DNA of 38,404 nucleotides from positions 1 through 38,404 of the IMG/VR virus record IMGVR_UViG_3300045988_089052. One strand, 5' to 3'. Below, in pieces: positions 29,920-38,158 of this stretch. Source of the stretch: a virus. How positions within the stretch are numbered: position 1 is the stretch's first letter; each line of letters starts with the position of its first letter. A program made the position numbers and the translations under genes. The notes under the pieces were generated by a model, which was given only the letters and a program-made list of their open reading frames with translations, was not told the origin of the DNA and ran no database searches.

Positions 29920-30172
29920 TCAAAGCATCTTTCAGTGCATCGGTATTTGCCAGTAAAATATGCATAACAACATCTGACAGTATGTGCGCAGCGGCAGCAG
30001 ATTTATCGAAAGCCTGCATATTGTAATAACCGATTACTGTGTCGGTTGCATCATCTGATAAGCCAACCATCGCAATTTTATTTATTCTACGCTTTGCAAA
30101 CTCATGCAGTGCTTCTGTAACCATCTCACTGTATGGTTGCGTCATATCATTGCTTATGATAATCGTGCTCAT
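29900..30172 (-). CDS. Hypothetical protein
   Basis: 90-aa ORF in the early operon. Confidence 0.45.
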   Translation of the reverse strand: MSTIIISNDMTQPYSEMVTEALHEFAKRRINKIAMVGLSDDATDTVIGYYNMQAFDKSAAAAHILSDVVMHILLANTDALKDALNDEASE

Positions 30173-30278
30173 TATCGCACCTCCCTGAAATCACCAGACA
30201 CGCCCACATAACAATAGGGCAGGACAGAAGCAGTACAATTCCCACAGCCTTTGCGAAAGCTATGATTATTTCGAGCAT
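30147..30278 (-). CDS. Possible 43-aa membrane peptide
   Basis: My own translation: MLEIIIAFAKAVGIVLLLSCPIVMWACLVISGRCDNEHDYHKQ. It overlaps both neighbouring genes and its SD is weak. Confidence 0.25.
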   Translation of the reverse strand: MLEIIIAFAKAVGIVLLLSCPIVMWACLVISGRCDNEHDYHKQ

Positions 30279-30559
30279 GCCGGGGCCTCCTTAAGCCTGT
30301 TTGCCAGCCTGCGCACCTTGTACCTTCTGCGATTTTCAACAGCTTCAAAGCACTCGTACATCATACAGAGTTGTTCCAACATGATGGATACGTCCGCGAT
30401 CTCGTCAACGATGGCATCCGTTGCCGCTGGCTTTTCGTTCACGCCGGCGCGACGCATTTTACAAATCGCCTTAATGAGTTCGCTCATTTCTTCGATGGCT
30501 ACATCCTCTTGCGCGGTCTGGCCGTATGTAAGGATTGCCTTTTCAAATACTTCTTTCAC
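30266..30559 (-). CDS. MazG-like nucleotide pyrophosphohydrolase
   Basis: 97 aa, all-helical, with the acidic motifs EDVAIEEMSELIKAI and DEIADV typical of small MazG-family proteins. Confidence 0.55.
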   Translation of the reverse strand: MKEVFEKAILTYGQTAQEDVAIEEMSELIKAICKMRRAGVNEKPAATDAIVDEIADVSIMLEQLCMMYECFEAVENRRRYKVRRLANRLKEAPACSK

Positions 30560-30840
30560 TGGTTTTCCTCCTCACACATTTTTACGCCTCTGCCCACCGA
30601 AATGAACGAATACACGCCAATCACAGGCGCAAGCGGCAGGCTCGCATGACAGGCAGTCACCATCATGGCAAGCGCATTTTCGTCAACTTTGGCGCTGTCA
30701 TGCATGACAATAGCATCCGATTCGCCCCTGCGCGTTTTCACGCGCACACGCTGCCCTTTTTTCAAGTCAACAGGCGTTTCAAAAAGATAATTACCGAATC
30801 CATAGTCGGCTTCATGCCTTACAAGTACAACGTTCGTCAT
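30556..30840 (-). CDS. Hypothetical protein
   Basis: 94-aa ORF with overlapping stop and start. Confidence 0.45.
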   Translation of the reverse strand: MTNVVLVRHEADYGFGNYLFETPVDLKKGQRVRVKTRRGESDAIVMHDSAKVDENALAMMVTACHASLPLAPVIGVYSFISVGRGVKMCEEENQ

Positions 30841-30844
30841 AATC

Positions 30845-31021
30845 TTAATTCTCCTTCTCCTTACACTTCACAAATTCGCAATGCCCATCGAGCGGGCAGC
30901 TGTTGCAAATCAAAACTTCATCCGGGCACGGGCCTTCCACGCAATATTCCAGCAGCGGATAGCTTAAATCGCTGTGTAAGTAACACATGCCATTTTCTGC
31001 ATCACGATATTTACAAATCAT
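30845..31021 (-). CDS. Cys-rich small protein
   Basis: ATG 31021 has an ATGA overlap. The 58-aa product MICKYRDAENGMCYLHSDLSYPLLEYCVEGPCPDEVLICNSCPLDGHCEFVKCKEKEN has 9 Cys. Confidence 0.45.
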   Translation of the reverse strand: MICKYRDAENGMCYLHSDLSYPLLEYCVEGPCPDEVLICNSCPLDGHCEFVKCKEKEN

Positions 31022-31272
31022 GTCTGCTCCTCTTCTGCTGGCTGCTGGAGCCATTGCAATATCAAATCCGGACATCCATAAAAATCATCATTAAGTTTTG
31101 TCGAAAGAAACTCCGCCAGTTCATTATCATCCATTCCCCGGATGCGGTCGGCGTTGGTGATAATCTCCGGTTCGGTTTCAACACCGTATGTACTTCTTAA
31201 AGCAGCACAACCCGAACCACGATACGTCACGGTGCATTTCGCAAACGCCGGGCAGTTCTTACAGCCTTTCAC
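31018..31272 (-). CDS. Cys-containing hypothetical protein (GTG start)
   Basis: GTG 31272 follows AAGGAGGGAAACAG, giving VKGCKNCPAFAKCTV.... It has a GTGA overlap with the upstream gene. Confidence 0.45.
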   Translation of the reverse strand: MKGCKNCPAFAKCTVTYRGSGCAALRSTYGVETEPEIITNADRIRGMDDNELAEFLSTKLNDDFYGCPDLILQWLQQPAEEEQT

Positions 31273-31709
31273 CTGTTTCCCTCCTTCGGCTTTGAGCGGT
31301 AGGCTCTCCAACCTTCGCCATATTCACGAAACGGCCAATACCCAAATTTAGGATCTCCGACATCCACAACTCTTTCTTGTGATACGGAAACTATGCCCAT
31401 TCCACCAAAATATTCTTCTGATTCTGGTATATAGACTACCTCCCCGTCCATCCGCCGTAATTCCTCCAAGGTCAGCGGCTGAGGGTTCTCGCGTTCCGCC
31501 TTGTATCGGTCGCGCTCTGCGGCCACCGTGGCAAGTTCGCCTTTGAGCTTCGTGTTGTCGATTTTTTCAAAGTAGAGTTCTGCGCGCAATTGTTCAATGC
31601 GATTCGCTGCTGTTATAAACTCTGAACGCTTACATAGAATTGAATCCCATTCGTCCAGCATGCCATTGGCACGTATCCGCAACCGCTCTACAAGCTCTTT
31701 ATCTGTCAT
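31269..31709 (-). CDS. Hypothetical protein
   Basis: 146-aa ORF with a central coiled coil. Confidence 0.45.
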   Translation of the reverse strand: MTDKELVERLRIRANGMLDEWDSILCKRSEFITAANRIEQLRAELYFEKIDNTKLKGELATVAAERDRYKAERENPQPLTLEELRRMDGEVVYIPESEEYFGGMGIVSVSQERVVDVGDPKFGYWPFREYGEGWRAYRSKPKEGNR

Positions 31710-32103
31710 GCTCTGCCTCCCTTTCCTTCAGCGCGGCCTCGGCGGCTTCGCGGGTTAGAAAGACGGTTTTTCCGATACTTTCAAGATCGCACAAACTAAA
31801 TTTTTCTTCTAAAACCGCTCTCGTTCCCTCCCAACAATCCCGGTATTGCCACCCGTCGCAATACTCGTCGCAGTGATCGATTTCTCGCCACTTGCAGATG
31901 GACGCACCAACCCTGTACACTGTATCCCCGACCTTACACGGCAGCACCACAAGCCGCCCATCTTTCTCCGCCTGCGCCAGTTCCTCCGGCTCCAGCCCGG
32001 TGTCCTCATAGGCGGCGAGGCGGTCAACCCAGTCTCCACTGTATTCTGTATCGTCGATTTTAAGCCGAAATTTTCCACTGTCAAAGTATGTATATCTTTC
32101 CAT
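31699..32103 (-). CDS. Hypothetical protein
   Basis: ATG 32103 follows AGGAGG (MERYTYFDSGKFRLK...). Confidence 0.45.
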   Translation of the reverse strand: MERYTYFDSGKFRLKIDDTEYSGDWVDRLAAYEDTGLEPEELAQAEKDGRLVVLPCKVGDTVYRVGASICKWREIDHCDEYCDGWQYRDCWEGTRAVLEEKFSLCDLESIGKTVFLTREAAEAALKEREAEHDR

Positions 32104-32113
32104 GTAAATCCTC

Positions 32114-32308
32114 CTACCATCTGCGACCATCAACAGGTTCAAAGCGATTCTGGTCGAGCCAATAATGCGGGCATTCTCGTAATCCGTATAAATAGGCCAG
32201 ATACGCTTTTCCTACATTCGCATTCCCGCAGCCAAGGCCTCTGCCATACAGGCATGTGGAGCAATTCCGCGGCACTTTTTTAAACTCATGTACTTCTATT
32301 TCTCGCAT
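32114..32308 (-). CDS. Cys-rich small protein
   Basis: ATG 32308 follows GGGAGGGTTCACA (MREIEVHEFKKVPRNCSTCLYGRGLGCGNAN...). Confidence 0.45.
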   Translation of the reverse strand: MREIEVHEFKKVPRNCSTCLYGRGLGCGNANVGKAYLAYLYGLRECPHYWLDQNRFEPVDGRRW

Positions 32309-32994
32309 TGTGAACCCTCCCGTATGTCTCCGGCCCATTGCTCTGCCATGGCTTTTGCAATGCCGGGAAAGGTTTTCGCTCTTCGTTTTGAGTTTCGATT
32401 ACTATGAAGTTTATATCTGTTGCAGATGGTAGGGTCTCTGTTTGCACTTGTACTACCAACCCATAATCCTTCTGGAATCATAATATCCGTTGCCATCAGA
32501 GGCGGCAGGTTCTGAAGCCAGAGACACGTCCGTTTTTTCCATGGATGCCCGAACATATACGGCTCAATTACCTGTGAGTATGGAGGTAGCCCATATCGTT
32601 TCATCGGCACCGGATTTTCCACTGCAATCTTCGGACAGTCCGCATTCAGGATCTCATAGAAGAACTTTGCCGCTTTTCTTCCGCGGCTGTCCCGCTCCGG
32701 ATCCCTGATTGTATGATCCCCGTTGTAAAGTCTGACAGCTCCCGCCGCTGTCAGATAAGTACATGGAGGAAATGCAATGATCATGTCCCATTTTTCAGCT
32801 ATGTTGTGCCGCGTCCCGTCAGCCGTATCAAAATCGCACCGGCCATTCAGTACCGGCAAAACATCCGCTTGTATATGCCATTCCGGATGTCCTCCGCTGC
32901 ATGGTTCAATGTCGCAGCTGTAAGCTTCATGACCTAGCCTCCGCAGCTCAATCGTCACCGCCTGCGATTCTTCGCAGGCTACTAAAATTTTCAT
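32296..32994 (-). CDS. DNA C5-cytosine-methyltransferase-like protein
   Basis: ATG 32994. AFPPCTYLT resembles motif IV (PC) and IAVENPV resembles motif VI (ENV). I do not see a canonical FxGxG motif I, so the call is tentative. Confidence 0.4.
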   Translation of the reverse strand: MKILVACEESQAVTIELRRLGHEAYSCDIEPCSGGHPEWHIQADVLPVLNGRCDFDTADGTRHNIAEKWDMIIAFPPCTYLTAAGAVRLYNGDHTIRDPERDSRGRKAAKFFYEILNADCPKIAVENPVPMKRYGLPPYSQVIEPYMFGHPWKKRTCLWLQNLPPLMATDIMIPEGLWVGSTSANRDPTICNRYKLHSNRNSKRRAKTFPGIAKAMAEQWAGDIREGSQCEK

Positions 32995-33275
32995 TGTGAA
33001 CCCTCCCGGCGCTGGCCTCTGCTGCAAAAATCACCTTGATTGCGCTCTTCCGCAAACTCTTTGCAATAGTCATAATGTTCTTGCCAGTGCTTGCACTCCC
33101 GACAGTAGCACGCGCCAGAAGCGTGCACTGGGTCGATGGTTGGTTCTTGGCTCAACCTTTTGATGAGTATCTCGAAAATTTTATATACTGCGATTTCTTC
33201 TTTTTCTCCGGTTTTAATATCAAGCATTTCCTGCCATTTTTTCGACAGCGCATTCGCGTCAATCAGCCTTTCCAT
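32991..33275 (-). CDS. Hypothetical Cys-containing protein
   Basis: ATG 33275 follows GGAGGGCTGACA (MERLIDANALSKKWQ...CYCRECKHW). Confidence 0.45.
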   Translation of the reverse strand: MERLIDANALSKKWQEMLDIKTGEKEEIAVYKIFEILIKRLSQEPTIDPVHASGACYCRECKHWQEHYDYCKEFAEERNQGDFCSRGQRREGSQ

Positions 33276-33579
33276 TGTCAGCCCTCCGGTTCCATGCTTC
33301 GATTGCTTCTTGTACATAAGGTTCAAACATTTCCGTTTCTTTTTTGCATCGTTCCGATTTTTCGAAAAAACAGTTTCCCCATTTGCTAACGCATGGGTTT
33401 GGATTCACAAGGCCGTGCGTTATAATCGGCTTGCCACGACTTCGACATTTATTGCAGATTATTTGCACACGGTACATCACTTTTTTGTCTCCAATTCCGT
33501 TATATCCGATAAAGCGATAATCCTTGAATGATATTTTTGCATTTCCACCACAGAACGGGCACGGCTTCAAGTCAGTCAT
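33259..33579 (-). CDS. Lar-family restriction-alleviation-like protein
   Basis: LKPCPFCGGNAKI...CNKCRSRG is the Lar-type zinc-ribbon signature. Start ATG 33579 is preferred over 33585 on SD spacing. Confidence 0.5.
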   Translation of the reverse strand: MTDLKPCPFCGGNAKISFKDYRFIGYNGIGDKKVMYRVQIICNKCRSRGKPIITHGLVNPNPCVSKWGNCFFEKSERCKKETEMFEPYVQEAIEAWNRRADNGKAD

Positions 33580-33715
33580 TGTCATTCCCTCCGTCTTTAT
33601 CTGCCTCTTTCCAAACTTGGTATAAAGCGTAGGCCATTGGATTTCTTACAAATTCAAGATTTTTTGTTCTTTCGTATTCTTTCTGAATTTTATTTATGGC
33701 TGTCTCAATTTTCAT
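33572..33715 (-). CDS. Small hypothetical protein
   Basis: ATG 33715 follows GGAGGGGATGACA (MKIETAINKIQKEYERTKNLEF...). Confidence 0.4.
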   Translation of the reverse strand: MKIETAINKIQKEYERTKNLEFVRNPMAYALYQVWKEADKDGGNDND

Positions 33716-33977
33716 TGTCATCCCCTCCGTCCATCTTGGCGCCGCAGTTGGGGCAGTAATTATCAACAATTCTCACATGGAGGCAATGAGAGCAAGTGCC
33801 CACCTCATGCCCGTTTTCTTCATGGAGTTCTATCCACTCACCATGCACCACCGGTGCGGCGTCAACTGCGGGTGCGTCCTCTATGTCTCCGACATCTACC
33901 ACTTGCACATATCCGCACTGTGTATCTGCTTCCCATGCTTTTTCTATCAGCGCCTTTCGGCTTATCAAATCGTCCAC
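33705..33977 (-). CDS. Hypothetical protein with a C-terminal zinc-ribbon
   Basis: CSHCLHV...YCPNCGAKM. Confidence 0.45.
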   Translation of the reverse strand: MDDLISRKALIEKAWEADTQCGYVQVVDVGDIEDAPAVDAAPVVHGEWIELHEENGHEVGTCSHCLHVRIVDNYCPNCGAKMDGGDDNEN

Positions 33978-33992
33978 GGTCTATTCCTCCAA

Positions 33993-34262
33993 TCACATCG
34001 GCTCTACGCCCATCTTTTCGTATGCAACCGCTATAGCGTGCCGCATCTCATCTGTAAACGTATCTCTTCCGCCCTGTGCAAGGATCTCCAGCAGCTCCTG
34101 CCGCATCCGCGTATAAAATGCTCCGACCTCTCGCTCGTCAAGCTCAAGCTCTATCGCGGTGTTGTAGTGCGCAAGCGCCATGGCTTCGCATACAGCGTCG
34201 ATGCCTTCCTTGATACCGGAGTTCTTTGCATGGGCAAGCGTAAGCGCAAGGTTTTTGCTCAT
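33993..34262 (-). CDS. Hypothetical protein
   Basis: 89-aa helical ORF. Confidence 0.45.
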   Translation of the reverse strand: MSKNLALTLAHAKNSGIKEGIDAVCEAMALAHYNTAIELELDEREVGAFYTRMRQELLEILAQGGRDTFTDEMRHAIAVAYEKMGVEPM

Positions 34263-34265
34263 CTC

Positions 34266-34577
34266 TCACACCTCATGAACCTTGATGCCATGTACCCACA
34301 GCATCAGCTTTCGCTTGATAACGTATTCAGGTGTGCGTACACCTTTCGCATCCTCAACAATCATCTCTCCGTTCCGAGTGTACGCAAAATCGGCAATATA
34401 CTTGCAGCTGCGTTCTCCTGCCTGTTTGGGAATAAGCTCAAACGACACCTGTAACCTCAATTCGGATATTTCTCCCGCACGCTCCAGCAGCAAAAGGTCT
34501 ATGTATCTATCCCTCTCACGCTTACTGTCAAACGTTATGCCGTTGTATGTCGCCTTCTGGCTGTGGTATTTACTCAT
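34266..34577 (-). CDS. DUF1064-family protein (PD-(D/E)XK-like nuclease fold)
   Basis: MSKYHSQKATYNGITFDSKRERDRYIDLLLLERAGEI...ADFAY...VEDAKG matches the DUF1064 N-terminal pattern. Confidence 0.6.
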   Translation of the reverse strand: MSKYHSQKATYNGITFDSKRERDRYIDLLLLERAGEISELRLQVSFELIPKQAGERSCKYIADFAYTRNGEMIVEDAKGVRTPEYVIKRKLMLWVHGIKVHEV

Positions 34578-34578
34578 G

Positions 34579-35148
34579 TCATTCTCCCAACTTCGGCACC
34601 TGCTTCATGCATAAAACAGGCTTCAGCGACTGCCTTTGTACTTCTATTTCTTTCAAAAACCTCGGCCGTTCAAATTTCTGTGCCTCCGACTCAGGCAGAT
34701 TCCCGACCTCAATAGCTCCGCTTATTCCTCCGCACCATTCCTGTACTTCTTTCGGGAGCGACAAAAACAATTCTTGATTTCGATCTCTTGCTTCTTGGCC
34801 TTGCGTTCTTCCGTCTGGAAGCCGGAAAGTAAAACCATATCGGGTTGCATTGTTTGACATTTTCCGTGCAACAGACAAGAAGTTTTCCCACAGTTTCGCG
34901 GCTGGTTCCATGTTCTCAAGCGCCATTTGCCGAAGCTGTTCAAAAATATCCGCCGCTTGAATCGGGAACTTGCAAACTGCATTCGCTTTCAAAAACGCTT
35001 TTTTCACAAGCGTGTAATCATAGCTTCCAAAATGCCAGTACCAAACATCAAGCATCGCTTTTTGCTCTGCATCCGTGAGCGGCTTGCTGCCGAGTTTATA
35101 CAATGCATAGTTCATCGTAAGCAGCTCTGCAACGTCCTGTTTCGTCAT
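34579..35148 (-). CDS. G39P-like helicase-loader candidate
   Basis: The N-terminus VAELLTMNYALYKLGSKPLTDAEQKAMLDVWYWHFGSYDYTLVKKAFLKA...FPIQAADI resembles the SPP1 G39P loader/inhibitor family. It follows the replisome organiser. Confidence 0.45.
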   Translation of the reverse strand: MTKQDVAELLTMNYALYKLGSKPLTDAEQKAMLDVWYWHFGSYDYTLVKKAFLKANAVCKFPIQAADIFEQLRQMALENMEPAAKLWENFLSVARKMSNNATRYGFTFRLPDGRTQGQEARDRNQELFLSLPKEVQEWCGGISGAIEVGNLPESEAQKFERPRFLKEIEVQRQSLKPVLCMKQVPKLGE

Positions 35149-35822
35149 GTCTTTCCCTCCTGTGCAAGAATCCGCTGCATTTGCGCAGCGGCATCCTCCG
35201 CTGTATATTGCTGTTTGGACTGATATGTGCTTTGCCTACGTTCAATCGGATAAAATGCCTGCCATCCTCTGCGCACAACTTCCTGGACATATTCGAGGGG
35301 CATCATCCCGCTTTCCTGCGCCAGCTCACAGAGCTTGTTGAGATTTCCCTGTATAGCTCGTTCGGTATTCACTGCGCGTTTTGCCTTACGAACATCCAGC
35401 CAGTCAAACAACGCTTTTTGCAATTCCAGGTCGTCCGTAAACTCTAAGCACAGCTTTTGCTGTGCGTTATATTTATTTTCCTTTTCCTTTGCCTTCTCCT
35501 TCTCTTTTTCCTTCTCTTTGGCTTTTTTGGGTTTTTCAAAAAAGGCTTGGGTTTTTTGGCTTTCGTTGGCTTTTGGAGGACGGCCACCTTTTTTCCCGTT
35601 TTCGGATTGCTTTTGTGCAAAGTCGTTATATTTTTTAATGTCCCTATCTATCTGCGCCTTTAGGCCGGGGAATACAAATCGCTCGTTCCCGCAAAGCTCT
35701 TGCGGTGCGCCGGTCATGCTGTAATTTAGGCATGCCCTGAACAGCCGCCCACACTCTGCGTCGTTGAGTGGTTCCATGGCTTCCAAGATGCTGTGATAGG
35801 CACAAAAAAATTCTCTTGCCAT
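35145..35822 (-). CDS. Replisome organiser (DnaD-like C-terminal domain) with a KEKEKE linker
   Basis: 225 aa. An N-terminal domain is followed by the low-complexity KKAKEKEKEKEKAKEKE and then LQKALFDWLDVRKAKRAVNTERAIQGNLNKL. Confidence 0.5.
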   Translation of the reverse strand: MAREFFCAYHSILEAMEPLNDAECGRLFRACLNYSMTGAPQELCGNERFVFPGLKAQIDRDIKKYNDFAQKQSENGKKGGRPPKANESQKTQAFFEKPKKAKEKEKEKEKAKEKENKYNAQQKLCLEFTDDLELQKALFDWLDVRKAKRAVNTERAIQGNLNKLCELAQESGMMPLEYVQEVVRRGWQAFYPIERRQSTYQSKQQYTAEDAAAQMQRILAQEGKT

Positions 35823-35834
35823 CAGCTCACCGCC

Positions 35835-35975
35835 TTACTCGGCGCTGTCGATATCTTCGCAAAAACCGTCTTTTTCGTAGCACTCCTTGCAGCAATCCGG
35901 ACATATCTCTGCACCGCACGGTGCTCCACTTCCCTCATACGGGTTCCCGCAAAATTCACATTTCATAGATTTCAT
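35835..35975 (-). CDS. 46-aa Cys-rich zinc-ribbon-like peptide, missing from the ORF track
   Basis: My own translation: MKSMKCEFCGNPYEGSGAPCGAEICPDCCKECYEKDGFCEDIDSAE. It has an ATGA overlap with the upstream gene. Confidence 0.4.
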   Translation of the reverse strand: MKSMKCEFCGNPYEGSGAPCGAEICPDCCKECYEKDGFCEDIDSAE

Positions 35976-36631
35976 CCTTTCAGTTTCCATATCTTGCAAA
36001 GCTCTTCATCGAGCGATACCGGCACGATATGGTATTTGTCGCAAAATGTATCTCTCCCAAGTGTGTGCGCCTCCATGTGCTTTTCACGGCTCAACGGGAG
36101 CACACGCATGCCTTTGTGCACGATCTCACGCCTGTCTCTCCCTGTTCCTACGGCATCCACGTGGTGTAACTCTGCTTTCCGCCCGGTAAGGCAGCACTTT
36201 TTGTGCACCAAACACGCGTATACATATGCTGTAATATCTTCTGCTACGTCATACAATGGTCGGCGGCACGGCACTCCATATTTGATGCAAAATTCGATTA
36301 TAAATTGGAGAAACAAACGCGCTGTTGTCATATCACAATTCGATGTGCTGAAATATTCACAGTTTTCATACGCGATAAAATCATATTTCAGCAGTGCCTT
36401 TACCTGTTCCGGGTCCATCCCACTCCAGGCGGCAATATCACGGAGCAGCGCGTGGATACGCTTGCGCTGCTCCGGGCTGATTCTTCTGCCGTCTGTCAAA
36501 AGCATTTCGCAGTGTGTGATACGCTTATTGAGCAGATACGTTTTTTCAAACGGCACATAGACCGTGAACCCTTTTCCGTGGTCGCATCGAATGATTTCGC
36601 ATGGAATCGGCTCCATATACGGGTCGGTCAT
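35972..36631 (-). CDS. HNH-like (DUF968-like) protein
   Basis: ATG 36631 has an ATGA overlap with the RecT-like gene. The C-terminus CCLTGRKAELHHVDAVGTGRDRREIVHKGMRVLPLSREKHMEAH is an HNH-style motif. The track's longer ORF overlaps recT. Confidence 0.45.
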   Translation of the reverse strand: MTDPYMEPIPCEIIRCDHGKGFTVYVPFEKTYLLNKRITHCEMLLTDGRRISPEQRKRIHALLRDIAAWSGMDPEQVKALLKYDFIAYENCEYFSTSNCDMTTARLFLQFIIEFCIKYGVPCRRPLYDVAEDITAYVYACLVHKKCCLTGRKAELHHVDAVGTGRDRREIVHKGMRVLPLSREKHMEAHTLGRDTFCDKYHIVPVSLDEELCKIWKLKG

Positions 36632-37305
36632 TTTATACTCACGACCTTGGGAGATGACACCGGCGCAATATCTTCCGCTTCGTCTGCGGTCGAGAATCCC
36701 ATAAGTACCTCCGGGCAATATGTCCGTGCGAACCAGCTTGCCGCTCTGTACATCAGCATCTGCTGCGGAATGCTTTGCCATTTGCTGCCGTTTTTGTTGT
36801 ACCAGCCTTCTTTTTTTGCAAGCGCAAGTGTGATCGTTGTACCTACTAATTTGCGCCCGTCCGATTTCCGCACGGTTTCGCAGTGGCATCCCCAGTCGTC
36901 ACTTCCGGGTGTTCCCTCGAATACAAAATCCAGATCATGTGAAAATTTGCCGCACCCGTTCACAAGTGCGATACAGCTCTGACCGCTCCACGCAGGACGT
37001 CCCTGTACAACAACAAGGTTCTGCATTACAAGCGTCGGAGAAACGCCCATGCGCCCGGCAATCTCGACCGCCACAAAGCAGTTGTCCGGATTGTTCATGT
37101 AATCGCGCGGCACAACACTGCTTTTGGCATAGATCCGCGCGACCTTTGCGATGTTCGTCAAAAGTTCCATATTCTCGGCCAGGCTTTTCGTCTGCTGCAT
37201 GGCTTCCGCAGAACATAATGCAGAGGCGCTCATATCAACGGCCTGTGCACCTTGCGCCTCAAGTTCTGTCTGCGCTGTCTCAAGGTCCATCATTTTATCA
37301 TTCAT
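36628..37305 (-). CDS. recT: RecT/Red-beta-type single-strand annealing protein
   Basis: 225 aa. YAKSSVVPRDYMNNPDNCFVAVEIAGRMGVSPTLVMQNLVVVQGRPAWSGQSCIALVN fits the pattern. It is paired with an upstream exonuclease. Confidence 0.7.
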   Translation of the reverse strand: MNDKMMDLETAQTELEAQGAQAVDMSASALCSAEAMQQTKSLAENMELLTNIAKVARIYAKSSVVPRDYMNNPDNCFVAVEIAGRMGVSPTLVMQNLVVVQGRPAWSGQSCIALVNGCGKFSHDLDFVFEGTPGSDDWGCHCETVRKSDGRKLVGTTITLALAKKEGWYNKNGSKWQSIPQQMLMYRAASWFARTYCPEVLMGFSTADEAEDIAPVSSPKVVSIK

Positions 37306-37898
37306 TCGATTTTTCCTCTTTTCTGTTTTTTCTGCATTGCAATATGCATCTTGTAGCAGGCCATAAACTCTGTATCATCAATCGCTGTCGGATAAAGCCT
37401 GTACCGTCCGTCCGGAATAAGCTGAAGGCAATAAAGGCTTTCAATACGCTCCCGCCGCTCCGTCAAAAGTTTTCTGTATCCGTTTAACTGCGCTTTTACC
37501 AGCGGCTTTTTTATCGCCGCATTTGTCTTTAGGTCAACAACTGAAAAGCACCCGTCTACCATCCCGGCCCGGTCGATTGTTCCTGCATATTTCATGCGAG
37601 AATGCGCAATCGGAGATTCTATGTACTTCCATTCAACCGTGTGCTCATTCAGGAACCGCGCATAGGCTTGTATGTAACCGTAAATATCTTCCGAGCACTC
37701 AACTGTGCCGTAACGGTCAAGCGCCTCTGTAGCAGAATGTACCGCCGTGCCGCGCTGCGCGGCGTTATCCAATACGTACTTGTTGATGTCGCCGTATACT
37801 TCCCGGCTCATAAAGCGCAATATCTCTGACACACTCGGGATGCGTTCTCCGCGATACTCGTATATATGGCCCTCGTCATAAAACTTCAAACCGCGCAT
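37302..37898 (-). CDS. PD-(D/E)XK exonuclease (RecE/YqaJ/Cas4-like partner of RecT)
   Basis: 198 aa with G-T-I-D ... VVDLKT (the D...D/ExK motif). Overlaps the start of recT. Confidence 0.65.
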   Translation of the reverse strand: MRGLKFYDEGHIYEYRGERIPSVSEILRFMSREVYGDINKYVLDNAAQRGTAVHSATEALDRYGTVECSEDIYGYIQAYARFLNEHTVEWKYIESPIAHSRMKYAGTIDRAGMVDGCFSVVDLKTNAAIKKPLVKAQLNGYRKLLTERRERIESLYCLQLIPDGRYRLYPTAIDDTEFMACYKMHIAMQKKQKRGKIE

Positions 37899-38158
37899 GG
37901 GATTTCATCACCAGTCTCAACACGGATGAACGGGCCGGAGTAATACCAGTCCACAAGCATTTCTTTAAAGTCCTGTGTCGTGTCTTTGGTCAACACGATA
38001 CCGCTTGCCTCCGCCGCCTCGTTCAGGGCGAGAGAATCCGGCACAAAATGCCCATCCATAATGCATCTGTATCCGGATTCGGTGTATCGTTCCGGCTCCT
38101 GTGCCTCCGCGTAAGGGTCAAACACCGCGGAGATTCCTATGTAATGTAATTCAGGCAT
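37886..38158 (-). CDS. Hypothetical protein
   Basis: ATG 38158 follows AAGGAGGAAAGCG (MPELHYIGISAVFDPYAEAQEPE...). Confidence 0.45.
   Translation of the reverse strand: MPELHYIGISAVFDPYAEAQEPERYTESGYRCIMDGHFVPDSLALNEAAEASGIVLTKDTTQDFKEMLVDWYYSGPFIRVETGDEIPCAV

Noticed and set aside
33696-37487. Long plus-strand ORFs 33696..34454, 35793..36560, 36203..36982 and 36837..37487. The same reasoning applies to 30535..31200, 21735..22325, 538..1095 and 695..1099.
   Set aside because: All are antisense to minus-strand genes with recognisable products (RecT-like, HNH-like, DUF1064, scaffold and others). They lack ribosome-binding sites and have implausible amino-acid composition.
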